DNA of 63,298 nt, from assembly GCA_040005555.1 (NCBI GenBank), contig JBDTYT010000002.1, positions 1-63,298 on the forward strand, in the 5' to 3' direction. Source of the DNA: Actinomycetota bacterium (GTDB lineage Bacteria > Actinomycetota > UBA4738 > HRBIN12). A program made the position numbers and the translations under genes. Below, piece after piece: positions 17,297 through 25,561 of the stretch; within the stretch, counting starts at the first letter, position 1, and every line of letters starts with the position of its first letter. The notes under the pieces were generated by a model. The model searched no databases and was not told the origin of the DNA. It was given only the letters and a program-made list of their open reading frames with translations.

Positions 17297-18165
17297 TCGG
17301 AGGCCTCCTGCTCGAGCGCCCGGCGCCCCCCCGCACCCAAGAGGACGCGCGCGCGGAGGTCGAACCAGTACCCCGCCGGCAAGGAGTGCAGCACGACCCC
17401 GGACACCATCAACGGCCGGTAGCCCTTCCCCTCGTACGCGTTCGTCCGCACGCTGGAGCCGTCGACGATCGTGACGGCGCCGCGGCCGAGCACCTCGAGC
17501 GTCTGGTCCGCGTACACGATCGCGCACGTGTCCTCGTCCAAACCGAGACCGAGCAGGGCGGGCGACTGCGCGATGACGGCCGACAGCCGTCCGATCCGGT
17601 TGCGCTGCTCGAAGTGCTGGTCGACGACGATCCCCTGCAAGATCCCGAGCCCTGCCGAGAGCTGCGCCATGCGGTTCTTCGGCGAGTCGCCCGAGGCCCC
17701 GAAGGCCATCATGTGCGTGGCCATCGCGCTCGCGCCCGCCGAGGTCCCCGCGAGCACCGCGCCACGGTCGTGCGCGAGCAAGATCGCTCGTCCGAGGCGG
17801 GTTCCGGAGACCACGGAGGACAGCCGCAGTTGGTTGCCTCCGGTGAGGAACACGCCCGTCGCGTCGGTGAGCACCGATGCCACGCCGGCGTCGTCCGCCT
17901 CCTCTCGCTCGACGGGCCGCAGCCCGCTCACCCGGCCGATCCCGAGGCCGAGGAACAGGGTCCTGTACACCTCGGTGGCCTCGTCGCCGAGCGAGGAGGC
18001 CGTGGAGACCACCACCACGTGCCCGTCGGCGCCGCCCGCGAAGCTCGCGAAGCGGGCGAGGATGATCTTCGACTTGAACCGGTCCTCGGCGCCGCCGATC
18101 AACATCACCGGGCCCGCACCGGGGAGGCTTCGCTTGTCCGAGAGCTTCGTGGTTCGCCCGACCAT
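17293..18165 (-). CDS. cphB: Cyanophycinase (peptidase S51)
   Basis: 290 aa. Motifs: VMLIGGAED, FLTGGNQLRL, and the nucleophile motif LAGTSAGASAM. Confidence 0.9.
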   Translation of the reverse strand: MVGRTTKLSDKRSLPGAGPVMLIGGAEDRFKSKIILARFASFAGGADGHVVVVSTASSLGDEATEVYRTLFLGLGIGRVSGLRPVEREEADDAGVASVLTDATGVFLTGGNQLRLSSVVSGTRLGRAILLAHDRGAVLAGTSAGASAMATHMMAFGASGDSPKNRMAQLSAGLGILQGIVVDQHFEQRNRIGRLSAVIAQSPALLGLGLDEDTCAIVYADQTLEVLGRGAVTIVDGSSVRTNAYEGKGYRPLMVSGVVLHSLPAGYWFDLRARVLLGAGGRRALEQEASE

Positions 18166-18205
18166 GATGTTCAGTGTAGCCGTCGGTCGTGGCGCTCTTG
18201 GGCCT

Positions 18206-18520
18206 TCAGTGCTGCTCGCGCACGCTGCGTTCGGTGGATCCGGGCGGGCGAAGCACCAGCTGATCGTGCGGCTCCACGACGTCCACCGTGCCCGCCAAGC
18301 CCTGCTCCACGACGAGCTCGAACCCCTCGCCCTGCACGACGGTGTCGTTCGGCTCGCGCTCGTCGGTGAGCGTGAAGGCCACGCCCCCGCCCGCGCGGGC
18401 GAGCCGCACGGTGGCGTCCGGGTTCAAGCGGCGAGCCGCCTCATGCGTGCGCTGCAGGATGTCGCTGGCCCACTCCGTGAACTCGATCGGCATCTTGAGC
18501 AGCCTACCGAACCCGCCCAT
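18206..18520 (-). CDS. Hypothetical protein, HesB/IscA-like fold pattern without cysteines
   Basis: MPIEFTEWASDILQRTHEAARRLNPDATVRLARAGGGVAFTLTDEREPNDTVVQGEGFELVVEQGLAGTVDVV follows the HesB-like strand pattern but has no Cys. The start may be ATG 18493 instead of 18520. Confidence 0.4.
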   Translation of the reverse strand: MGGFGRLLKMPIEFTEWASDILQRTHEAARRLNPDATVRLARAGGGVAFTLTDEREPNDTVVQGEGFELVVEQGLAGTVDVVEPHDQLVLRPPGSTERSVREQH

Positions 18521-18609
18521 CCCGAGAATCGTGACCCCCCACGACAGCTGCGACCCACAGGAGGACGACGGATCCGATCACCAGAAGATCCGCGATCATC
18601 GACATCTCC

Positions 18610-18831
18610 TCACTTCATCTCCACGCTGCGTCTCGCCTCCGCGTTCGGGTCGAGCAGCCGGACGCCGGCCTCCACGAGGCGCGTCCCAACGACCCGCCGC
18701 CACGTACCCGCGGGACGGAACGCCCGGCGATGACGGCGAGCGAGTCGAACCCGGCGGTCCCACCGAGCCTCCTCCTGAAGTCGCGCGATCCTCGCGCCCG
18801 AGATCTCGCCGCCCATCTGAGGGTGCTGCAT
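18610..18831 (-). CDS. Hypothetical small Arg-rich protein (73 aa)
   Basis: ATG 18831 is preceded by GAGGAGG. GC3 is fairly high in this frame. I recognised no domain. Confidence 0.3.
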   Translation of the reverse strand: MQHPQMGGEISGARIARLQEEARWDRRVRLARRHRRAFRPAGTWRRVVGTRLVEAGVRLLDPNAEARRSVEMK

Positions 18832-18952
18832 GTCCGCCTCCTCTTCTCGAGCCCGCCTGTGCCTTTCCCCATCGGTAACTCTCGTGCAACCTAACATCGG
18901 TTAGCTAACCGGTCAAGTGGCAGACACCGGTTCGCAGGGGTACACTCGGACC

Positions 18953-19525
18953 ATGTTCGAGATCCGGACCCACGACACCAGCACGCCGGCCGAGGGCGAC
19001 CTCGAGGTCCTCCAACGTTTCGTGAACCTGCATCAGCACGACCCCGCCACCGGCGACGAGCTCCCGGCCCCTACCGAGATGTACCGGTCCTTCCTCGTGG
19101 AGCGCGGGCTTCTCGACGAGGAAGAACGCTTCGGGGACGCGGACCGTGAGACGTCGTTGGCGCTCTCCGAGGCGATGCACGCCCGGGTGCGAACGAACAC
19201 GGGCGAGCCGATGCCCGCCGAGCACGTCGACCGCATCGACCGGATCGCCCAGGCGGCGGGTTTGCACCCTCACTTCCAACCCGGCGGGCCGGTGCTCGTA
19301 CCCGAGGCGGGCGGCGTGAAGGGCGCCCTCGGACGGCTGGTTGCGATCGCGTTCCACGCCGAGCTCGACGGGCGGTGGGAACACCTCAAGGAGTGCGCCG
19401 ACGAGAACTGCCACGCGGTGTTCTTCGACCGCTCGAAGAACCACTCGGGTCGCTGGTGCTCGATGCAGGCCTGCGGCAACCGCAACAAGGTGCGCGCGTG
19501 GCGCGAGCGCCAGAAGACCTCGTGA
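18953..19525 (+). CDS. CGNR zinc-finger (ABATE domain) protein, putative stress-responsive regulator
   Basis: The C-terminus CADENCHAVFFDRSKNHSGRWCSMQACGNRNKVRAWRER is the CGNR zinc-finger signature. The start could be ATG 18953 or GTG 18917. Confidence 0.8.
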   Translation: MFEIRTHDTSTPAEGDLEVLQRFVNLHQHDPATGDELPAPTEMYRSFLVERGLLDEEERFGDADRETSLALSEAMHARVRTNTGEPMPAEHVDRIDRIAQAAGLHPHFQPGGPVLVPEAGGVKGALGRLVAIAFHAELDGRWEHLKECADENCHAVFFDRSKNHSGRWCSMQACGNRNKVRAWRERQKTS

Positions 19526-20448
19526 CGACCGTCCTCGAGTTCAGCCTGACCGGCGCCGGCGGCGAGCCGGTCGACCTCGTGCGCACGCTCAACTCCCACG
19601 GTTTCGTCGACCTCCCGCCGCTGCACCCGGCCCCGGATCACCGCTCGCTCGAGATCACGATCCCGCTCGGACGCGGGAAGCCGAGGACCGTGCGCATCCA
19701 CGAGGGCCGCCGCGGGCACGGATCCGTCAGCGTTGCCGGGCCGGCGCTCTCCCCCGCCCAAGCAGGGCGCGCCCTCGCCGCGGTTCGCCACGTGCTGCGG
19801 CTCGACGCCGATCTCTCCGCGTTCTACGCGCTGGCTGCCGAGGACCCCGACCTCGCCTGGACCGTCTCGGGGGCCGGACGCATGATCCGCAGCCCGACCG
19901 TGTTCGAGGACGTCGTGAAGACGATCTGCACGACGAACTGCGCGTGGTCGGCGACGGTCCGGATGGTCACAGCGCTCGTCGAACACCTCGGCGAGCGCGC
20001 GCCGACCGCTCCCGCCAGCGGCGCCGAGGGTCGCGCCTTCCCCACCCCCCAGGCGATGGCGGCCGCGCCCGAGGCCTTCTACCGCGACGTCGTGCGAGCG
20101 GGATACCGCGGTGCTTACCTGGTCGCGCTGTCGCGCTCGGTCGCCGAGGGCCGCGTGGATCTCGAGGAGCTCGGCGGCGCCACGCCAGAGGAGCTGTCGG
20201 ACGACGAGCTGGCCGAGCGGCTGCTCCTGCTCCCGGGGGTCGGGCCGTATGCCGCCGCGCACATCATGATGACGATCGGCCGGCATTCCCGGCTCATCCT
20301 GGATTCGTGGACTCGGCCCACGTACGCGGGACTCCTCGGAAAGAAGGGCATCAAGGACGCGGCGATCGAGCGACGCTTCCGACGGTACGGTCGGTTCGCC
20401 GGACTCGCGTTCTGGCTGTTCGTGACCCGTGACTGGGTCCAGGGCTGA
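19522..20448 (+). CDS. HhH-GPD DNA glycosylase, AlkA-like (DNA-3-methyladenine glycosylase II family)
   Basis: GTG 19522 overlaps the CGNR gene TGA (GTGA). Sequence: RSPTVFEDVVKTICTTNCAWSATVRM...LLLLPGVGPYAAAHIMM (helix-hairpin-helix GPD region) ...ILDSW. Confidence 0.8.
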   Translation: MTTVLEFSLTGAGGEPVDLVRTLNSHGFVDLPPLHPAPDHRSLEITIPLGRGKPRTVRIHEGRRGHGSVSVAGPALSPAQAGRALAAVRHVLRLDADLSAFYALAAEDPDLAWTVSGAGRMIRSPTVFEDVVKTICTTNCAWSATVRMVTALVEHLGERAPTAPASGAEGRAFPTPQAMAAAPEAFYRDVVRAGYRGAYLVALSRSVAEGRVDLEELGGATPEELSDDELAERLLLLPGVGPYAAAHIMMTIGRHSRLILDSWTRPTYAGLLGKKGIKDAAIERRFRRYGRFAGLAFWLFVTRDWVQG

Positions 20449-20547
20449 AGCCCGGGAAGGGTTGTCCCGCAGCGACCGCCGCGCCATACTGCCCCAGGCC
20501 TCTCGGGGCTTCGAACGGACCGGTCCGACCCATGCGGAGGAAACGAT

Positions 20548-21801
20548 GTGCGTCCCCTTATGGCCATCGCACTCCCTCGTCGCGCTCGACGTCTGTGGGC
20601 TCTCTGGCGGGCCGAGCAACGCACGCTCCGCCAGGGCTTCGTCGCGCTCGCCCTGTCGACGGCCGCGTCGTTCGTCGCAGGGCTGACGCTCAGCCGCATC
20701 ACAGGCACGCTGAACGAGCTGCCCGGTCTGCTCGTGCTCATCCCCGCCGCCGTCGGCATGCGCGGCACGATCTTCGGAGCGATCGGGGCGCGACTCGGAA
20801 CGGCAACGCACGCCGGTATGTTCGAGGCGAACCTCAAGCGCGGCGGTGTGCTCGCTCAAAACGTCGAGGTCGCCGTGGTGACGACCTTCTTGTCTTCGCT
20901 GTGGCTCGCCGTGCTCGCGAAGCTCGCGGCCGCCGCGTTCGGCGAGACCTCGATCTCGGTGTGGGACCTCGTGACGATCTCGGTCGTCGGCGGGGCGCTC
21001 GGATCGGTCTTCATCCTGCTCGTCACGGTCGGCCTGTCTGTGCTCTCCTACCGGCGCGGCTACGACCTCGATGCCGTGTCGACACCCATGGTGACGGCGC
21101 TCGGCGACATGGCCACCCTGCCCACGCTGTTCCTCGCGACGTTCCTCGTGCGCAACCACGCGGTGAACGTGGTGGCGTCGACCCTGTGCCTCGCGGCGTG
21201 CGGAGCGGCGCTCGTGCGCGTGGCGGTCACCGACGTGAGGGCGGTGCGGCGCATCGCGCTCGAGATGACGGCCGTCATCGTGCTGACCCCGCTGCTCGAC
21301 ATCGCCGCCGGCTCGATCTTGCAGGCGAAGGAGCCGGGCCTCGCGATGTTGCCGGGTCTGTACATCTTGATCCCCCCGTTCGTGTCGCAGGCCGGGGCGC
21401 TCGGCGGCATCTTGGCCTCGCGCCTGTCGTCCAAGCTCCAGCTCGGTGTCATCACGGCGAGGGGCCGACCAGAGGCCCCGGCGCTCATCGATGCCTCGCT
21501 CGTGGTGGCGTTCGGACTCGTGATCTTCGCGGTGATCGGGGTGGCCGCGGTGGGGCTGTCGGATCTGTTCGACCGAGCTCATCCGGCCGCTTCGGTGATG
21601 ATCGGCGGCACGATGCTCGCCGGGATCATGCTCCTGCCGATCGTGCTGGCCGTGGGCTATTACGTGGCGGTCGTGACCTCGCGGTTCGGCCTCGACCCCG
21701 ACAACCACAGCGTGCCCATCATCACGAGCGTGATGGACCTGGCGGGCGTTGCCGCCCTTCTGCTCGCTATGTCAGTCTTGGGAGTAGCCATCCATGGATG
21801 A
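20548..21801 (+). CDS. MgtE-like divalent-cation transporter membrane protein (duplicated MgtE TM module, COG1824-like)
   Basis: GTG 20548 lies 7 nt after GGAGG. Two homologous halves: LPGLLVLIPAAVGMRGTIFGAIGARLGT and LPGLYILIPPFVSQAGALGGILASRLSS. There is no cytosolic MgtE N or CBS domain. Confidence 0.75.
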   Translation: MRPLMAIALPRRARRLWALWRAEQRTLRQGFVALALSTAASFVAGLTLSRITGTLNELPGLLVLIPAAVGMRGTIFGAIGARLGTATHAGMFEANLKRGGVLAQNVEVAVVTTFLSSLWLAVLAKLAAAAFGETSISVWDLVTISVVGGALGSVFILLVTVGLSVLSYRRGYDLDAVSTPMVTALGDMATLPTLFLATFLVRNHAVNVVASTLCLAACGAALVRVAVTDVRAVRRIALEMTAVIVLTPLLDIAAGSILQAKEPGLAMLPGLYILIPPFVSQAGALGGILASRLSSKLQLGVITARGRPEAPALIDASLVVAFGLVIFAVIGVAAVGLSDLFDRAHPAASVMIGGTMLAGIMLLPIVLAVGYYVAVVTSRFGLDPDNHSVPIITSVMDLAGVAALLLAMSVLGVAIHG

Positions 21802-22990
21802 ACAACCGAAGAACGTCAAGGATCTGCTCGTCGAGGCCAAGGACGCCTCGGAGCTCATGGTCGACCTCGCGTACGCGGCCGTCTTCTTCAACGAGGAGAA
21901 GCTCGCGCGCGAGGTCGAGCGGCTGGAGGAGCGCATGAACGAGCACCTCCGGCGGCTGCGGATCATGGCGATGCTGGCGGCCCGCAGCCCCGAGGACGCC
22001 GAGGGCATGGCCGGCGTCCTGTGGATCGCGAGCGCCATCGAGAAGATCGGCGACGCCGCCTCCGACATCGCGCGGGTCGTGGCGGCTCGCCTCGGCATCC
22101 CGGACGGGTTGCGTCGCGAGCTGCGCCACGCGGACGAGATGACCGCCCGGGTGAAGATCCGACCCGAGGCTCCGGCGATCGGAAGGAACCTTCGAGATCT
22201 CTCGCTGCCCACCGAGACCGGCATGTGGGTGATGGCGATCCGCAGCGGCATCGATTGGGAGTTCGATCCCGGCCCGGAGGACGTCCTGTCCGAGGGAGAC
22301 GTCCTGCTCGTTCGCGGGCCCGGCGAGGGGGTACGGCTCCTGCGCGAGTTGGCCGGGGCTCCCCCCATGCCCGAGGTCGAGGACGACGACGTCCCGCCGC
22401 TGTCCGAGTTCGACCGGGCCCTCGACATCCTCGTCGAGATGAAGGACCTCGCCGAGGCGGCAGTCGGCCTCGCGTACTCCTCGCTGCTGTTCAACAACCG
22501 CGCGCTTGCCGCCGAGGTGGGCTCGCTCGAGGCGCGGAGCGACATCCTGCACGACGAGCTGGAATCGTGGGTGCTCCGCGCGGCACCTGAGGCGCGCGAC
22601 CCCGACGAGCTCCGGGGCTTGATCCGCCTCGCGAGCGCCAGCGAGACGATCTGCGACGCCGCACGCGACATGACCTGGTACGTCGAGCACGGCGAGCCTC
22701 TGCACCCCGTCGTGCAGATGGCGCTCGAGGAGACGGAGGAGACGAGCGCGGAGACCGTGATCGAGGCGCGCTCGCCCGCGGACGGGCGGAGCCTGCGCGA
22801 GCTCCGCGTCGAGACCGAGACCGGGATGTTCGTGCTGGCGGTGCAACGCGGAGCCCGATGGATCTACCGGCCTCGAGCCGGGTTCGTGCTCCAGGCCGAC
22901 GACCGGGTCATCGCCGTCGGCCCCGAGAGTGGCGTGGAGGAGCTCGAAGCGCTGTGCCGCGTCGTCGCTCCGGCCGTCGGCCCTGTCTGA
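21794..22990 (+). CDS. PhoU-like + TrkA-C (RCK_C) domain regulatory protein (COG0490-like), twice repeated
   Basis: Overlaps the upstream stop by 8 nt. PhoU-like helices: LMVDLAYAAVFFNEEKLAREV...IEKIGDAASDIARVV, and a second copy ILVEMKDLAEAAVGLAYSSLLFNN...SETICDAARDM. Each is followed by a TrkA-C-like segment: GRNLRDLSLPTETGMWVMAI and GRSLRELRVETETGMFVLAV. Confidence 0.75.
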   Translation: MDEQPKNVKDLLVEAKDASELMVDLAYAAVFFNEEKLAREVERLEERMNEHLRRLRIMAMLAARSPEDAEGMAGVLWIASAIEKIGDAASDIARVVAARLGIPDGLRRELRHADEMTARVKIRPEAPAIGRNLRDLSLPTETGMWVMAIRSGIDWEFDPGPEDVLSEGDVLLVRGPGEGVRLLRELAGAPPMPEVEDDDVPPLSEFDRALDILVEMKDLAEAAVGLAYSSLLFNNRALAAEVGSLEARSDILHDELESWVLRAAPEARDPDELRGLIRLASASETICDAARDMTWYVEHGEPLHPVVQMALEETEETSAETVIEARSPADGRSLRELRVETETGMFVLAVQRGARWIYRPRAGFVLQADDRVIAVGPESGVEELEALCRVVAPAVGPV

Positions 22991-23003
22991 CGCGATCGCT
23001 ACC

Positions 23004-23792
23004 TCAGGGGCGGCAGTTCCTCGATCCTGAGTCGCGCACCTTCCCGCTCGTGTCCACGAACGACCACGAGTAGGAGGACCTGCGAAGTGTGAGCTCGAGG
23101 ACGCCGTACGTGGCGATGCCGACGACCGCACCCTGGGCGGGCTTCCCGAGCGAGCCGCCACCCGTTCCGACCGTGAAGCGGACGAGTCCGTGGGCACGGG
23201 GCCATCGCTCGTACGCGTGACGGTGGCCAGCGAGCGCGAGGTCCCCACCCGCCGCCTTCATCAGCTGCCTCGGCCACGACTGCATCGTCCGGTGGTAGAT
23301 CGCCACCTCGCACCGGTGCGTGTCGGCGGCCAGGTCCGCCTGCATCCACGACTTCTCTGCAGCGCAGTCGATGTGCTTGCACTCGCCGTTCAACGCGACG
23401 ACGTGCCAGCTTCCGATGTTGAAGCTGTAGTACCCCTTCGCTGGGTCTTTCGCCGCCCTGCCGAAATAGGCGTAGTACCCCGCCGCGTCCCGCGTCTCGT
23501 ACTCGTGGTTACCGGGGACCGGATACGTGATCGACTTGAAGGCACCCCAGCTCGCGTCGTAGTACCTCCGGAAATCCGCGAGCGACCCCTTCGGGTACTG
23601 CTCGTCCCCGAGCGCGAAGACGGCCGTCGGTTTGAACGTGGCTACGAGATGCGCGGTTTGCTGCTGGGGCGTCGCGAACGACGGTCGTGCGATGTCACCG
23701 GCCGCGGCGACGGTCACCGAGTGGGCTGCCGCTGGGTGGGCCACCGGGAGCAGCGCGGCGAGCAGGACGACCACGATCGAGGCTCGGCGCAT
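23004..23792 (-). CDS. Secreted metallophosphoesterase (calcineurin-like)
   Basis: ATG 23792 has a GGAAGG RBS. Signal peptide MRRASIVVVLLAALLPVAHPAAA. Motifs: AAGDIA, LGDEQY, GNHEY, AGHRHAYER. Confidence 0.8.
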   Translation of the reverse strand: MRRASIVVVLLAALLPVAHPAAAHSVTVAAAGDIARPSFATPQQQTAHLVATFKPTAVFALGDEQYPKGSLADFRRYYDASWGAFKSITYPVPGNHEYETRDAAGYYAYFGRAAKDPAKGYYSFNIGSWHVVALNGECKHIDCAAEKSWMQADLAADTHRCEVAIYHRTMQSWPRQLMKAAGGDLALAGHRHAYERWPRAHGLVRFTVGTGGGSLGKPAQGAVVGIATYGVLELTLRRSSYSWSFVDTSGKVRDSGSRNCRP

Positions 23793-23841
23793 CGGACCTT
23801 CCTTCCACCCTGGCGCGCGGGCCAAACGCCCGTCGAGCCGC

Positions 23842-24765
23842 TTACGTGACCCGTACCTGAGAGAAGCGGAGGTTCTCCTGCGTCAGGACGATCTCCTCCA
23901 CCTCGGTCGCACCGTGCGAGGCGAGGTACGCGAGCATCCGCTCCACGAGCCATTCCGGCGCCGAGGCGCCCGACGTGAGCCCCACGACCTCCGCGTCGGC
24001 GATCCAGCTGGGATCCACCTCGGATTCGTCGTCGACGAGGAAAGCGGGGGTGCCCTGCTCGCGTGCCACCTCGGCCAGGCGGTTCGAGTTCGAGGAGTTG
24101 TCCGACCCGATCACCAACACCACATCCGAGCGCCGCGCGAGGTCCTTCACGGCATCCTGCCTGTTCTGGGTCGCGTAGCAGATGTCCTCGCGAGGAGGGC
24201 CCTGCATCTGGGGGAAGCGTTCGCGCAGGATCTCGATGATCTCGTTCGTCTCGTCCACCGAGAGCGTCGTCTGCGTCAGGTACGACAGGTCGGCGGGGTC
24301 GGCGATCTCGACGGACCGCGCCTCCTGCGGGCTCTGCACCAAGATCGTTCGCTCGGGCGCCTGACCGGTCGTGCCGACGACCTCCTCGTGACCCGCGTGC
24401 CCGATGAGCACGATGGTCCTGCCCTCGCGCGCGAACCGCCGAGCCTCCAAGTGCACCTTCGTGACGAGCGGGCACGTGGCATCGAGCACCGTGAGGCGCC
24501 GTTCGGCGGCGTTCGCGTAGACCTCGGGGGCAACGCCGTGCGCCGACAAGACGACGACCGCGCCCTCGGGCACCTCGGCCTCGGCCTCGACGAACACCGC
24601 CCCCTTGGCCTCGAGGTCTTTGACGACGTGCAGGTTGTGGACGATCTGCTTGCGCACGTACACCGGAGCACCGTGCGTGAGCAGAGCCTGCTCGACCGCC
24701 TCGACGGCACGCTCGACGCCGGCGCAGTATCCGCGAGGAGCGGCGAGAAGGACCTTGCTCGGCAC
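23842..24765 (-). CDS. ispH: 4-hydroxy-3-methylbut-2-enyl diphosphate reductase
   Basis: LLAAPRGYCAGVERAV...VRKQIVHNLHVV...SAHGV...DATCPLVTKVH...IGHAGHEEV...YATQNRQ...IGSDNSSNSNRL. Confidence 0.95.
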   Translation of the reverse strand: MPSKVLLAAPRGYCAGVERAVEAVEQALLTHGAPVYVRKQIVHNLHVVKDLEAKGAVFVEAEAEVPEGAVVVLSAHGVAPEVYANAAERRLTVLDATCPLVTKVHLEARRFAREGRTIVLIGHAGHEEVVGTTGQAPERTILVQSPQEARSVEIADPADLSYLTQTTLSVDETNEIIEILRERFPQMQGPPREDICYATQNRQDAVKDLARRSDVVLVIGSDNSSNSNRLAEVAREQGTPAFLVDDESEVDPSWIADAEVVGLTSGASAPEWLVERMLAYLASHGATEVEEIVLTQENLRFSQVRVT

Positions 24766-25099
24766 GACTCCATCGTACCCGCGGCGCTCGGGATGCTCGG
24801 GGCTGACCCTCAGTCACGCCGGTGTCAGACCTCCTTGGTACGGTGCATGCCGGTTCATCCGGACACTCCGTCCGATCCTCCCCCGCAGCGATGCGACTTC
24901 CCTGCCGTCCAGGTGTGGATGTCGCGCGCGCACGAGGGAGCAGGGGCGGAGCGCTCGGACGGGCCGAGGTTGACCGACGACGACACCGAGGAGGTGATGG
25001 ACACACCCACGACCAACCGCGGGATGACCGGGCAGACGGATCGCCCGGTCGCGCGGATCGGCCGCCAGCCGAGTCCACCGCGGAGGGTGAAACCCCGAC

Positions 25100-25555
25100 A
25101 TGGATCGACTCACTCATACGCGCCGCCGTGTGCTCTCGGTGGCGCTCATGATCTTCACGCTCCTAGGAGCGTCCCCGCTCCTTTCGCCAACGCCGGCGTC
25201 CGGGGCCGAGCACACCCGAGATAAGCCCGTCCTGTCCACCCGCGTCTGCGACTACGACTGGCAGAGCGGCCGGCATCAAGTGAAGCTGCTCATCCGGTGC
25301 GCGGCCAAGCGATGGCACGTGTCCGGCGGACCCGACAAGGCCCTTCAGGTCGCGCGCTGCGAGTCCCGCTACCACCCGCGCGCCTACAACCCCGCCGGGT
25401 ACGCGGGGGTCTATCAGCAGTCCAAGCGCTACTGGCCGGACCGAGCCGATCACTACGGCTTCCCCGACAGGTCCGCCTTCAACGGGCGGGCCAACATCAT
25501 CGTGTCGATCCGCATGGTGCACGCCAACGGGTGGGTCGGGTGGGGGTGCGCGTAG
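25100..25555 (+). CDS. Secreted lysozyme-like transglycosylase domain protein (SLT/Rpf-like)
   Basis: Signal peptide VLSVALMIFTLLGASPLLSPTPASGA. Core: ARCESRYHPRAYNPAGYAGVYQQSKRYW...ANGWVGWGCA (catalytic-Glu CES motif and terminal W..C). Confidence 0.65.
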   Translation: MDRLTHTRRRVLSVALMIFTLLGASPLLSPTPASGAEHTRDKPVLSTRVCDYDWQSGRHQVKLLIRCAAKRWHVSGGPDKALQVARCESRYHPRAYNPAGYAGVYQQSKRYWPDRADHYGFPDRSAFNGRANIIVSIRMVHANGWVGWGCA

Positions 25556-25561
25556 CTCCGT

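Noticed and set aside
14969-17422. 817-aa plus-strand ORF and 657-aa alternate-frame ORF (15363..17336) overlapping cphA1
   Set aside because: The minus-strand frame encodes a complete, motif-rich CphA1. The overlapping ORFs are low-complexity Arg/His/Asp/Gly strings.
20449-20547. Possible M-box (Mg2+) riboswitch upstream of the MgtE-like gene
   Set aside because: The gap is only 99 nt, shorter than a typical M-box aptamer. I could not find the characteristic conserved M-box sequence blocks. A cmsearch with the Rfam M-box model would settle it.
19270-21708. 812-aa minus-strand ORF spanning the alkA-like and mgtE-like genes
   Set aside because: It crosses two well-supported plus-strand genes and an intergenic gap. 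It is extremely Arg/His/Glu/Asp-rich, so I treat it as a shadow ORF.
24814-25151. ORFs 24814..25113 (-) and 24822..25151 (+) inside the ispH/transglycosylase intergenic leader
   Set aside because: Both are Arg/Pro/Gly-rich with no RBS or motif support. The plus-strand one runs out of frame into the well-supported 25100 gene.
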